Under the pieces are notes generated by a model, which was not told where the DNA came from, ran no database searches, and saw nothing but the letters and a program-made list of their open reading frames with translations. The position numbers and the translations under genes were made by a program. Below, piece after piece: positions 41,572-54,659 of a DNA stretch of 64,000 nt (positions are counted from its first letter, which is position 1; every line of letters starts with the position of its first letter). Origin of the DNA: Eledone cirrhosa (Eukaryota); NCBI GenBank assembly GCA_964016885.1, contig OZ024743.1:355942001-356006000 (forward strand). The letters are read 5' to 3'.

Positions 41572-41608
41572 TATAATACATATTATATACTTATATATTA
41601 TATATAAT

Positions 41609-41885
41609 GGAGGCACATGGCTTAGTGGTTAGAGCATTGGCCTTGCAATCGAAAGGTTGTGAGTTCAATTCTCAGACCAGGTGATGTGTTGTTTCCTTGA
41701 GCAAGGCACTTTATTTCACATTGCTCCAGTTTACTCAGCTGTAGAAATGATATGATAGGGACTGGGATCCCTATCATTCCACTGCAAAGTGGTCGTGGAG
41801 GTGCCACGGCAAAAAAGCACCCAGCACTCACTGTAAATGAGGTTGCAAGCAGGGAAAAAGCGGACATAAAATGGAATGAATGATA
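41609..41885 (+). mobile_element. CORE-like SINE-B (internal deletion in tail)
   Basis: A box TGGCTTAGTGG, B box GAGTTCAATTC, CORE-like segment, RTE-B tail. Confidence 0.88.
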
Positions 41886-41899
41886 ATGTATTATATAAT

Positions 41900-41940
<41 letters not shown>

Positions 41941-42359
41941 TGCACATATATACAGGCATATTTATATTTCCCTTCATTCACTTTTCACAAAACATATAAC
42001 AGTAGAAAATACCAACCCTTGGCCCATAAGGAAAGTAAAAAGTCCCCACCCATCCCACTTTCACATCCCTCTCTTAAATGACAGCCACATTGACATTTGT
42101 AGTGATTGCATGTATGCACAGCTGTTGCAGCAGCACCATAATATTCAATTAACTAGTTGCACGTATGCTTATATGTATGAAAGTGTCTCACTTATAGGGC
42201 AGTGATGGTAGTGGTGGAGTCATTTTAGTGAGTGGATGGGATCAATACAAATTGGGATAGATCAATAGTGACAAAAGTATTGATGTTTGTGTATGATGAG
42301 TGACTTTATCACATAAAGAATGGGTTGGCCCCTACCACTGGGATTTAGACATAAATAAC

Positions 42360-42515
42360 AGTACACTGTAAATGTGGTTGACGTTAGGAAGGGCATCCAG
42401 CCGTAGAAGACCTGCCAGATACAGTTCTATACCAGCACGATACGGTCACCCGGTCATCTTGCCTCCCCATCTAACCCATGCTCGCGCGGAAGATAGACGT
42501 ATGATGATGATGAGT
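42360..42515 (+). mobile_element. RTE-type 3' tail fragment
   Basis: CACTGTAAATGTGGTTGACGTTAGGAAGGGCATCCAGCCGTAGAA..CCCATGCTCGCGCGG..(GAT)n. Confidence 0.7.
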
Positions 42516-44235
42516 TACTAGCTAAATTTGTGAAGCCTTACATATTTTCATTGTTTTGCTTACAGATTCATTAGCCGAACATATGAAGATATGTTAGAAG
42601 GTTTTTTTCTTTCTATGTCTGTCAATATTTGTTCTTGTATCAGCATTTACTCAGAATGGGATGAGCAAGCTTCATTGAGTAAATCCACAGCGTTATGGAG
42701 AAAGGTTACCCATGCACAGCAATAGCATATGTTGTGTCCATTGCAGATATTGTCAGCCTATCAAAGCCCCAACAGCAGACACCATATATGTAACGAACCA
42801 GATATTAGCTCAAGACCACACTGAATCATGGCGATCCACATTTTCAGCCGTCCACGACACTGTTTATGTCATCCCATTAGTGTCTGCAGCACAACTATCT
42901 TGCAAATGGGTTTACCTCATGGGCAGGGGAGTGCTCAACCAAATCAACAGTCACTTTTGTTGTAAGTGTTGTTGGAATGAATCAATCCAACAGTGGTGGC
43001 AAATTTTGAGCTTGACATAAACCTACTTGGATGATTAATATGTCAAAACCACATGGCCCTCAGGTGTTTTTAGTGATGTCCATTCTGTTGTAAGCAATAG
43101 GGTTAGATCTCAGGCTTAAAGATACATTCCTGCCTCCCTCCAGTTTTTGAGGCCCTGGAAAGGGTCATGCACATCTCTGATTTAACATTTAAAAAAAAAA
43201 GCTCCCCAAAATATTTTAATACCCTCCTCTAGCTTTTCAAGATTATGAGAAATATTTACTAACACAAACACAAAGGGTAAGCTATAATTAGCTTATTAGT
43301 TTACTGTTAAGGAATGTGAATATAAAAATAAGGCATAGTGATATCAAAATTTATTCCAAAAGATTTGAAATTTGAAAATAGTCATCAAAATGCAGACAAC
43401 CATATTTATAGTTGATATCTATAGATAACAGCTGAATATATTGGGTAAAGTATCCTAGTAATGGAAAAAATGTGATCTGAGATGCATGAGAAAAAGTGAC
43501 CCACGCATCTCTCATATGTCAGACAAACACATTTAATATACCAATCACTCCCTAGCTGCTACATACCATCTTTTTAGAGTATCTAAGAGTTAAACTAGAA
43601 AAGTAAACAAATAAGGTTTGGTTGATAAACAAAGTGTTAGGAAATTTGAAAATACAGTCATCACACTGCAGATAACTATAGATAATAGTTATCAGTTGAA
43701 TAAATTGTACCCCTGGAGACAGAAAAACGTGGACAGAAATGCTTACATATAGACAACGGAAAGCTTGAGAGGAGTATGTAGCAAGATTGAAATTAAAAAG
43801 TATGCTTTGCAAAACCTACTACAGTACATTATCTATAATATAGTTTAATAAAATTTGGAGTATAACCACTTAAGATGGGAAAAAGTGAATAGAATCACAA
43901 AATACAAAACATGCTTCTATATCTATATATCAAACTGACATATAAAGAAATGATGGAAGGTTTTGATATAAATATGAACATTATAAAACAAAGAGGTTTG
44001 TCATCACAGTATTGGGGCAGGGTAGTATCAAAATAGCTAAGGCAATGAGGCACAATCTGAAGAAATTTAGCTGCTATTACTAGCAGTTTAATCTTTTTTT
44101 AAACCAAAGAGCCTGAAATCACTCTTGCTTCTACAGCTCTAAACTGTTAATTTATTTATCTAAGAACTTTCCATCATAATTTTATGGAAGAACCTTTATT
44201 AGATTATGCTCCAAACACCAGCTTAATAATGATTT

Positions 44236-44425
44236 TTTAATTCGGGCACAAGGTCATGGATTTGAGGTAAGGAATGACCCCAGTATTTGGCTGGTACTTT
44301 ATTTTATCAATTAAAAGGAAGAGGAAAGGCAAAGTTGGCCTCAGTGGGATTTGAAGATAAAATGTAAACAGAATAAATACTGCAGAGCATTTTGTCCAAT
44401 GCTCACATGATTCTACCAATCCACC
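44236..44425 (-). mobile_element. Older SINE-A inserted in a TTAA-MITE remnant
   Basis: Flanks CCAGCTTAATAATGA and CCAGTTTAATAATGA look like a TSD. Confidence 0.7.
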
Positions 44426-45267
44426 AGTTTAATAATGAGAAATTTGGTTATATTACTGCATCCCATCAAATTTTTGATTATTTCAACAATGTTTTGAAAA
44501 TAGTAAGCAGTATCTGACATTAGAAATATGGTAACGATAAAGGACAACTAACCTCTCATAAAAGTTCCCTTGTTGGCTTGAGATGACAGATTTTGTGGTG
44601 ATAAAGAGGAGAGAAAGCAAGAATCTGTGACATGCATGGCTTTGTCATCTGAGTAAGAGGAACAATATCAAGAATGTATGTAAATGTGTGAAACGGGCCG
44701 ACAGGAAATGAAAGCCAGGACATTGATACCACTGAGAAAGTTGTTGACCACTGTTTTATCACAGAAAGTTCAACAACGAAATACCTAAACAAACTACAGA
44801 ACTTACACTTGTTGAGATTGAACTGACATCATCTTCCAACAGACAGAGCAAACACACAGACACATACACACACATATATATTAAAAGAGTATACATACTA
44901 ACACATACACACACACACATATATTGAAAGAGTGTACACACTAACACACACATATATATATATTGAAAGAGTGTACACACTAACACACACATATATATAT
45001 ATTGAAAGATTAAGAAGAGAAGAGGGCGAGGAAGAGAAGGTAAAAGCAATGTTTCTCCAAGACAAGAACATCAGACCATATTCCAAGTGTCCACTAGTGG
45101 ACATATCTTCAACACAAACACAACAAATACTTGAATTTGTCAATCAGACAATAAAACAGCACCAAACTGGAATTACTCTACTGGACAGCATATTCATTTA
45201 GACATCAAATGTGCACACTGTGTATATATAGGATTATATATCTGCCAGTGTATTATGTGTATGTGTG

Positions 45268-45570
45268 AAGGCGTGGTGCTTAGTGGTAAGTTTGTTTGAC
45301 ACAGGATTGTAAGGTCGTGATTTTTGATTTCTGGTGGCCTAGTGTATCCTTGATTAAGGCAGGTAATTACATGCTGCTCCAGTTCAGCCAGGTGGGGAAC
45401 AATGATTTGTACCCGTAATTCAAAATGTCAACACTGTGATATGCTGAATCTCCCTGAGAATTCCGTTAAGGACGCATATGTTGGTGGAATACTCATCCAT
45501 TTGCATGTTAATTTCATGAGCAGACTGTTCAGTTGTTCTAACAACTGGAACACTTATTATTGTAACTGAA
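45268..45570 (+). mobile_element. Decayed CORE-like SINE-D (a further minus fragment at 46975-47100)
   Basis: Colinear with 481-915. Confidence 0.7.
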
Positions 45571-46162
45571 AATGATCCAACATGTATGTATGTATGATTG
45601 TATCACCCATGGTGTGCATGTGTGTACATGACACTTGTGTATAGGATTATATGTGTCTATCTGTGTATAGGTGCACATGTGAGAGAGAGAAAGAGAGATG
45701 GAGACAGAAAGAGTATGTATTCCTGTGTGAATTCACAGAATGTTGATTTTGAGTACTTGTGCGCAAAGCATGATGTACTATGCATGTGCATCCCTAGAGC
45801 TGTGTGTTAATGTAAGTATGCATGTGTAGTTATGCATGTGCATATTGTTTCTAATTTCTGAATGAATCCAATAGCTTCTGTTGGGTGAATGTATGCATAA
45901 CTACAACTACATGTATATACAAATCTATATATGTATATGCAACTGCACATATGTGTATACCCACATATAAATAGAAGCTCTATATATAGAAATAGAAAAC
46001 TTAACAAGAACCACAACAGCCACAACGCCTATAACAGAAATGACAGCAGCAGTCACACCAGCAGCAGCCACAACAGCAACACCTACACCAGCCATAACTA
46101 CAATAACATCACTAATAAGGGACAAAATTAAAAAGCCAAAAATAATACATGAACAAAATAAT

Positions 46163-46590
46163 TGTTTCTACTTTAGGCACAAGGCCAGCAATTACCCAGT
46201 GTATTACTGGTACTTTATTTTATCGACCCCGTAAGGATGAAAGGCAAAGTAAACCTCGGCGGGATTTGAACTCAGACTGTAAAGGGACGTAACTATGCTG
46301 GAAAGCATGGTGTCCGACTCTCTACCGATACTGCCAATCCACCGAACAAAATAATGATTACAAACAATAAACATTAATAATAATTGTTTCTACTTTTGAT
46401 ACAAATCCAGCAATTTGAAAGGAGAGGAAAGTGAATTAAATCGACCTGAGTAGATTACTGGTACTTTAGTTCATGGACCCTGTAAGGATGAAAAACAAAG
46501 CTGATCTCGGCAGGATTTGTAAAAGTATGTAACTCTATGCTGCAAAACATTGTCTGATGCTCTACTGATACTGCCAATCCATTACCATAA
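46163..46590 (-). mobile_element. Two SINE-A copies
   Basis: First copy has TSD GAACAAAATAAT at 46151 and 46344. Confidence 0.88.
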
Positions 46591-46616
46591 TAATAATATA
46601 TACATGTGTGTGTGGA

Positions 46617-46947
46617 TCATCATCATCATCATCATTTTACGTCCACTTTTCTCTGCTTGCAAGGGTGGGACGGGAACTGATTCTGGCTTGATTTCTACAG
46701 CTGGATGCCCTTCCTAACACCAACCTCATTTGCAGTAAGTGCTGGGTGCTTTTTTGCAATGGCACCTCCACGACCACTTTGCAGTGGAATGATAGGGACC
46801 CCAGTCTCTATCATCTCATTTCTACAGCTGAGTAGACTGGAGCAATGTGAAATAAAGTGTCTTGCTCAAGGAAACAACACATCACCTGGTCTGAGAATTG
46901 AACTCTCAACCTTTCGATTGCAAGGCCAATGCTCTAAATGTGCCTCC
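46617..46947 (-). mobile_element. CORE-like SINE-B
   Basis: Near-identical to 11826-12163. Confidence 0.88.
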
Positions 46948-47211
46948 ATATATATATATGTGTGTGTGTGTGTGTGAAATTAACATGCAAATGGATGAGC
47001 ATGCCACTGACATATGTGTCCTTAATGTAATTCTCAGGGAGATTCAGCATGTCACAGTGCTAATGCTTTGAATTACAGGTACAATTTTTTTCCACAGCTG
47101 ACTCAAACAACTCGATTAGTACCTGCTATATGACAGCTACAACTTCGATTCATACCTGGATTCATACTGGAGTCGAATTCTGTTGATTGATTGGTTATTG
47201 ATTAGGCAAAG

Positions 47212-47322
47212 CCCGCTGATGAAGCCACATGTACTGATTGTGCATTGTTGCATAATATATGCGGAGAGAGGGTGCTGTGCACTCTATTTCTTCATTAATT
47301 GTGGCTGAAACTCGAGTTCGGG
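47212..47322 (+). ncRNA. Type I hammerhead ribozyme-like motif, probably in a Penelope-like terminal repeat (about 47100-47465)
   Basis: cccg-CUGAUGA-agccaca..uguggcu-GAAAC-ucga-GUU-cggg; all core nucleotides present. Confidence 0.75.
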
Positions 47323-47471
47323 AATAAGTGAAGGTACCCGTTTATGTGTGTTGTATTGAAGCGACTAACTATGTGTCTACTCTGGGAGTTTATTTAACAT
47401 TACCTATTGAATACGCTGAGATCAACCGGTCCTAGCAGTGATACTCATGCTAGTTCCATCAACTTATTAAT

Positions 47472-47848
47472 AGCGATGGCTGAAGAGAAATGAAGCAAGT
47501 ATGCTCCACTGGATGTGCAATGTCAATGTGAGTGAACGACCAAGCATAGACGAGTTGAGAAAGAAACTGAGTATAAGAGGAATAAGTTGTGGAGTGCAGG
47601 TGAGAAGGCTGAGATGGTATGGAAATGAGATGCGCATGTAGGATGACCGCTGAGTAAAGAAGTGCCAAGAAATCCCAGTAGAAGGAAGACGCAGTAAAGG
47701 TAGACCACGAAAAACATGGGCAGAGGTGCTGAAACTCACCAAGGAGATGACGAAGGACCGTGACAAGTGGAGAGATGCTGTGCTGAATAGGGCCCGTCCA
47801 ACCCTCGCAAGCAGGGAAAAGCGGACGTAAAATGATAATGATGATGAT
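47472..47848 (+). mobile_element. RTE LINE 3' fragment, third subfamily with short 3'UTR
   Basis: RRLRWYG..GRPRKTW; ends CCCTCGCAAGCAGGGAAAAGCGGACGTAAAATGAT. Confidence 0.85.
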
Positions 47849-47855
47849 ATATATA

Positions 47856-49110
47856 TTAGGTTGGACAGAAGGTTCCCCACATTTAAAAAATTTTTATTGA
47901 CTTTGATTTTTTTTAACATTAGAAAAATTCTACAAGTCAAAATGATCGGCATCATTTGTGATTTACCATCTGCAATCATTTAGGAAGGCACATGATTCCA
48001 TCCCCGTAGAATTCTTCTGGCTTTGATGCAAAGAATTTTTTCTCCCACTGATTTAACTGGTCTTCATTGGCGAAGGTTTTTGACTGCATACTATTGCTTA
48101 TTGAGAGAAAAAGGTAATAGTCTGTAGGTGCGACATCTGGTGAATATAGCAGGTGGGGCAGAACCTCCAAAATTAGCTCCAGGAACTTCTCACAGGTCAT
48201 CCTTCATGTATGCAGCCGAGTGTTATCATGAAGGAATCGAACAAGACCATGGTGTAGGTGCACCTATATGATTTTTTATGCTAATCTGTCAAGTTATTGG
48301 CAATGTACATCAGAAATTATGCTGGTGTTTGGTGGAAACAGCTCATAGTGGATGACACCTTTGCAGTCCCACCAGACGTTCAGTAGGGCCCTTGTGAAGA
48401 AGAAGAAGACCAACCTTTGCTTGCTATTGTGGTACACACTTTATCAACCCACAATCACTTGTGCTTGACATTGATGTAGAAACCATTTTTCATCACCAGT
48501 GATAATGGAACATAACCAGTTGGTGGCGCGAAGGTAGGAGAGCAGAGAAGTTGCAGCTGTCACCCGCATTTCACGATTATGGTCAGCCAGATTGTGTGGC
48601 ACACATTTGTCTAACTCGGAAACCTTCCATATTCCATGCAAGTGGTTGAGGATGGTTGTTTTTAGTGGCCTAAGCACTTCAGAGAGTTGATGTGATGTCT
48701 GATATGGGTTGGCTTCAGCCAGCTCATGCAGTTGCTCCTCACTGAAGTTTGATGGATGCCGTGCATGAGGTCGATCTTTAAGGGTGTAATCACTGAAATG
48801 AAACATACAAACAAGACCCTGGTACAGCATGAAGACATGGTGTGTGACGAAAATAGATTGTTAATGCAACGATTTAATGCTGTTGCGCTTAGGTCAGATT
48901 TGAAATCATAATGTAACAGCCATGAAAAAACGATTTGGATAGATCCTTGTTAATCCCTCTTTGACAGCGAAACAAAAAATGAGAAATGCACAAAGTACAT
49001 ACCAACATCAGTTCATATATATGTGTGCATACGCAATCTTCAACATATCCAGAAAGCTCTACCAAAATACCACCTTTTGAAAAATGACAGAAAATTTCTG
49101 TCCAACCCAA
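47856..49110 (-). mobile_element. Full-length decayed mariner (DD34D), 1255 bp
   Basis: TA-flanked TIRs TT(A/G)GGTTGGACAGAA; IITGDEKW, HDNTRLH, YSPDVAPTD with 34 residues between D2 and D3; stops and frameshifts. Confidence 0.93.
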
Positions 49111-49114
49111 TAAT

Positions 49115-50305
49115 AATCATTTCTACTATAGGCACAAATCCAGTAATTTGGAGTGGAGAAAGTTGATTAAAGCAACCCCAGTTCATTACTGGTCCTTTAT
49201 TTTATCGACCCTATAAGGATGAAAGGCAAAGCTAACCTCGACGGGATTTGAACTCAGAACGTAAAGGGCCAATAACAATACTTTCTTTTATTGGCTACAT
49301 GGGTCCAAGACATTGGGGACAATACAAGGTAAAAACAACAATACAGAATGTGATTTACAAGTAATGGAAAGTGGACATCACTGAAGAGACAACAATAGGA
49401 ATAACAATAATAGAAATTGTAATAAATATACATAATAAAAAAACAATAACAAATGTCAACAAGAACAAGTTACCCAATAATAGGAGTAAAACAAAACACC
49501 ACATTACTCTCTCATTGGTGTCTAATTTAGGCACAAGGGGAAAGTCGAGTTAATTGACCTCAGTGCATTACTGGAGCCTTATTTTATTAACCCCGTAAAG
49601 ATGAAAGGCAAACCAAACCTCAGTGGGATTTGAACTTAGAACATAAAGGGTCATAACTCTAAACACAGACATAATAATAGTAGTGTCTAATCTAGGCACA
49701 AGGCCAGCAATTTGAAGGGAAGGAGAAAGTCGATTAAATCGACCCCCCATTTGTTACCGGTGCTTTATTTTATCAACCCCATAAGGATGAAAGGCAAAGT
49801 TAACCTTGGCAGGCTTTGAACTCAGAACGTAAAGAGCTACAACTCTATGCCATAAAGGATGGTGTCCGACGCTCTACTGATACTGCTGATCCACCGCCTT
49901 AAACTCTGGTTTCTCCTCACCCTGAGCAGCTAAATCTTTTGTCTTTGACAGGTACAATAATAATTATTTCTACGTTTGGCACAAGGCCAGCAATTACCCC
50001 AGTGTATTACTGGCACTTTATTTTATCGACCCCGTAAGGATGAAAGGCAAAGCTAACCTCGGCGGGATTTGAACTCAGATCATAAAGGGCCGTAACTCTA
50101 TGTTGCAAAGCATGGCGTCCACCCCTCTACTGAATGGTGTCTAATTTAGGCATAAGGTACACAATTTTGCAGGGAAAGGGAAAGTCAATTATACCAACTC
50201 CAGTACTTTACTGATGGACACTGAAAGGACGAAAGGCAAAGTTGTCATTGGTGGAGTTTGAAATCAGAAAGTAGAGGGCCATAACTAGATGCTTCAAAGC
50301 ATGTT
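49115..50305 (-). mobile_element. Cluster of five SINE-A copies
   Basis: Repeated consensus, all in the same orientation. Confidence 0.85.
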
Positions 50306-50874
50306 TAGTGTGCAAGGTAAAAGAAAACAGTGCATGCAGTGGTTGGCAAGGTTACAGGGGTGTGAATGAAGGAGAAAGAATAAAGGAAAAACGAGGGCAA
50401 TGTAAGTAGATGGGGGAAATCCTCACCACTACCAACACCATCCCTAGTGGCAGCTGCCACCACTACCATTACCAGTACCAGCATCGACACAATCATCCCA
50501 ACACCATCATTATCAGTTCCACTCACTATAACTTCCAGTATGGCTTTCATAATCATTCTTTTTCATCGCCACCATAGCAATTCATTAGCACTTCTCCTCC
50601 TCCATCCTCATACCCACCCTCATAAATCTTTGTCATCACTAACATCACCATCATCATTTTGTATATCTAGTCATCACAATCTTCATCATTGCACTCCCCA
50701 CTATCATCATCATCATCATAATACTCACCACCATCAACACTATCATTATCACAAACATCATCATCATCATCATCATCATCATAATACTTATTAATATCTG
50801 TATCTTGTTCCTACTCCTCTTCACCACCACCACCACCATCACCACCACTGCTACCATCATCACACCATTATTTT

Positions 50875-51040
50875 CGTCGGACCCCATGCTTTGACGCATA
50901 GAGTTACGACCCTTGCCATTCTGAGTTCAAATCCTGCCGAGGTTAACTTTGCCTTTCATCCTTACGGGGGGTCGATAAAATAAAGTACCAGTAATACACT
51001 GGTTAATTTGCTGGCCTTGTGCCAAAAGTAGAAACAATTA
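50875..51040 (+). mobile_element. SINE-A, 5'-clipped
   Basis: Consensus match. Confidence 0.85.
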
Positions 51041-51294
51041 TTTTCATTATGATAATCATCACTGATTTCTTTCAAAATTATTCTTGTCCACCACCGGCCT
51101 TGCCATTGCTCCCATCAGCAGTTGGACCAACACACCACCATTTCCGGCATCACCATCACAACAATCATAATTACCAGCTCACAACAACAACTCCATCACC
51201 ACCAGTGCTATCATTCTTACACTACCACCACCGCCGCCACCATAACCGCCTATTTTTCATCAGTATTGTTTTTTTACTTCCTCCTTCAGGTGTA

Positions 51295-51354
<60 letters not shown>

Positions 51355-51492
51355 TAGGGATACACACACATACAGATAGACGTACACATGTGTGCATTTG
51401 TATATATGCATATATGTAAGCATATGCATATATATATATATATATATGTGAGTGTGTGTGTGTGTGTGTATATATATGCTTACACACACACA

Positions 51493-51579
<87 letters not shown>

Positions 51580-51664
51580 TACACACATACAGATAGATGT
51601 ACACGTGTGTGCATTTGTATATATGCATATATGTAAGCATATGCATATATATATATATATGTGA

Positions 51665-51700
<36 letters not shown>

Positions 51701-51735
51701 GCTTACACACACACACATATATATATATATATATT
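51295..51735. repeat. Tandem duplication (about 235 bp) of a compound microsatellite block
   Basis: GTGTGCATTTGTATATATGCATATATGTAAGCATATGC occurs twice with matching context. Confidence 0.85.
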
Positions 51736-52319
51736 TAAGCATACATATATATATCTGTGCAAACATCTTCAATGCAAACACGCTAGCAAGAAGAACAAGA
51801 ATGATAACATGCCATCCGAGCACAGCAAAGTACAGTACAGTACAGCATCACACAGCACCACACAGCACCACACAACACCACACAACACAACACAGTAGAG
51901 TACAGTACAGCACAGCACAGTACAGCACAGCCATCGTTTCCATCTATCAGCGTCTCGTCTCGGGAGAACCGATCATGTTAACAGACAAGGAAAGTGTCAA
52001 GGCATTGGAGTGGGCATTCCAACGCACAATATTGACAATATGACAGGCTCAATCAGTTTTGCCGTTTTCTATAGAACGCTGTCACTCTGCTCAAAGTGAA
52101 ACCATTACCAGAAAAATGGATACACTCGTTAATTTGGTTTAGATGATGTCGGGGAATATGGGAAATGATTTCAATATAAACATTCCCTCAATATGCTATC
52201 TAGACAACTAACACATCTATTGATTTTCATTTATTATTGTCATTGTTGTTATTACGGCTGTTGTTGTTGTTGTTGTTGGTGGTGATGGTGGTGGTGGTGG
52301 TGGTGGTTGTAGTGGTGGA

Positions 52320-54330
52320 GGTTGTGGTTGCTTTTTATTCACATAAGCATTATTGTTGTTGTTGTTGTTAGTGGTGGTGGTGGTGGTTGCTATTTATTCA
52401 TATAAGCATTGTTGTTGTTGTTGCTGGTGGTGGTGGTGGTGGTTGCTATTTATTCATATAAGCGTTGTTGTTGTTGTTGGTGGTGGAGGTGGTGGTTGCT
52501 ATTTATTCATATAAGCATTATTATTGTTGTTGTTGTTGTTAGTGGTGGTGGTGGTTGCTATTTATTCATATAAGCATTATTATTGTTGTTGTTGTTAGTG
52601 GTGGTGGTGGTTGCTATTTATTCATATAAGCATTGTTGTTGTTGTTGTTGTTAGTGGTGGTGGTGGTTGCTATTTATTCATATAAGCATTATTATTATTG
52701 TTGTTGTTGTTAGTGGTGGTGGTGGTTGCTATTTATTCATATAAGCATTGTTGTTGTTGTTGTTGGTGGTGGTTGCTATTTATTCATATAAGTGTTGTTG
52801 TTGTTGGTGGTGGTTGCTATTTATTCATATAAGTGTTGTTGTTGTTGGTGTTAGTGGTGGTGGGGGTTGCTATTTATTCATATAAGCGTTGTTGTTGTTG
52901 GTGTTAGTGGTGGTGGGGGTTGCTATTTATTCATATAAGCATTGTTGTTGTTGGTGTTAGTGGTGGTGGGGGTTGCTATTTATTCATATAAGCATTGTTG
53001 TTGTTGGTGTTAGTGGTGGTGGGGGTTGCTATTTATTCATATAAGCGTTGTTGTTGTTGGTGTTAGTGGTGGTGGGGGTTGCTATTTATTCACATAAGCA
53101 TTATTGTTGTTGTTGTTAGTGGTGGTGGGGGTTGCTATTTATTCATATAAGCATTGTTGTTGTTGGTGTTAGTGGTGGTGGGGGTTGCTATTTATTCATA
53201 TAAGCATTGTTGTTGTTGGTGTTAGTGGTGGTGGGGGTTGCTATTTATTCATATAAGCATTATTGTTGTTGGTGTTAGTGGTGGTGGGGGTTGCTATTTA
53301 TTCATATAAGCGTTGTTGTTGTTGGTGTTAGTGGTGGTGGGGGTTGCTATTTATTCATATAAGCATTATTGTTGTTGTTGTTAGTGGTGGTGGGGGTTGC
53401 TATTTATTCATATAAGCATTGTTGTTGTTGGTGTTAGTGGTGGTGGGGGTTGCTATTTATTCATATAAGCATTGTTGTTGTTGGTGTTAGTGGTGGTGGG
53501 GGTTGCTATTTATTCATATAAGCATTGTTGTTGTTGGTGTTAGTGGTGGTGGGGGTTGCTATTTATTCATATAAGCATTGTTGTTGTTGGTGTTAGTGGT
53601 GGTGGGGGTTGCTATTTATTCATATAAGCATTGTTGTTGTTGGTGTTAGTGGTGGTGGGGGTTGCTATTTATTCATATAAGCATTATTGTTGTTGGTGTT
53701 AGTGGTGGTGGGGGTTGCTATTTATTCATATAAGCGTTGTTGTTGTTGGTGTTAGTGGTGGTGGGGGTTGCTATTTATTCATATAAGCATTGTTGTTGTT
53801 GGTGTTAGTGGTGGTGGGGGTTGCTATTTATTCATATAAGCGTTGTTGTTGTTGGTGTTAGTGGTGGTGGGGGTTGCTATTTATTCACATAAGCATTATT
53901 GTTGTTGTTGTTAGTGGTGGTGGGGGTTGCTATTTATTCATATAAGCATTGTTGTTGTTGTTGTTAGTGGTGGTGGGGGTTGCTATTTATTCATATAAGC
54001 ATTATTGTTGTTGTTGTTGTTAGTGGTGGCGGGGGTTGCTATTTATTCATATAAGCATTATTGTTGTTGTTGTTGTTGTTGTTAGTGGTGGTGGGGGTTG
54101 CTATTTATTCATATAAGCATTATTGTTGTTGTTGTTGTTGTTAGTGGTGGTGGGGTTGCTATTTATTCATATAAGCATTATTGTTGTTGTTGTTGTTGTT
54201 GTTGTTAGTGGTGGTGGGGGTTGCTATTTATTCATATAAGCATTATTGTTGTTGTTGTTGTTGTTAGTGGTGGTGGGGGTTGCTATTTATTCATATAAGC
54301 ATTATTGTTGTTGTTAGTGGTGGTTGCTAT
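52320..54330. repeat. About 53-bp composite array, about 38 units
   Basis: Near-constant core GGTTGCTATTTATTCATATAAGC plus variable (GTT)n(GGT)n linkers. Confidence 0.95.
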
Positions 54331-54659
54331 TTATATTTATACCATCATTATTATTGCTGTTGCTATTGTTGTTGTTGGTGATTGCTATTTATTTATAAGA
54401 TTGTTGTTATTGTCATTATTGTTAGTGGTGGCTGTTAATGATAGTGGTTGTTATTTATATTGATGTTATTGTGGTGGTGGTGGGGTGGTGGCTGCTGTTC
54501 TTTATGGTGATTATAATGGTTATTATTATCATTAATTTTGTTGCTATTGTTGTTGTTGTGTCATGTATTTATACTATGATTATTATTGCCATTACCATTA
54601 TTGTTGTTGTTGTTGTGGTTGTTGTTCTTTCTACAACTACCACTGCTGCTACCACCACT

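Noticed and set aside
41609-41685. tRNA gene
   Set aside because: A and B boxes belong to a SINE head; no complete cloverleaf or terminator.
42700-43130. Possible LTR-retrotransposon RT relic (TYLDD near 43021)
   Set aside because: Flanking RT motifs could not be reconstructed; would need a translated search.
52320-54330. CRISPR-like constant repeat with variable spacers
   Set aside because: Spacers are microsatellite, not unique; eukaryotic context; no cas genes.
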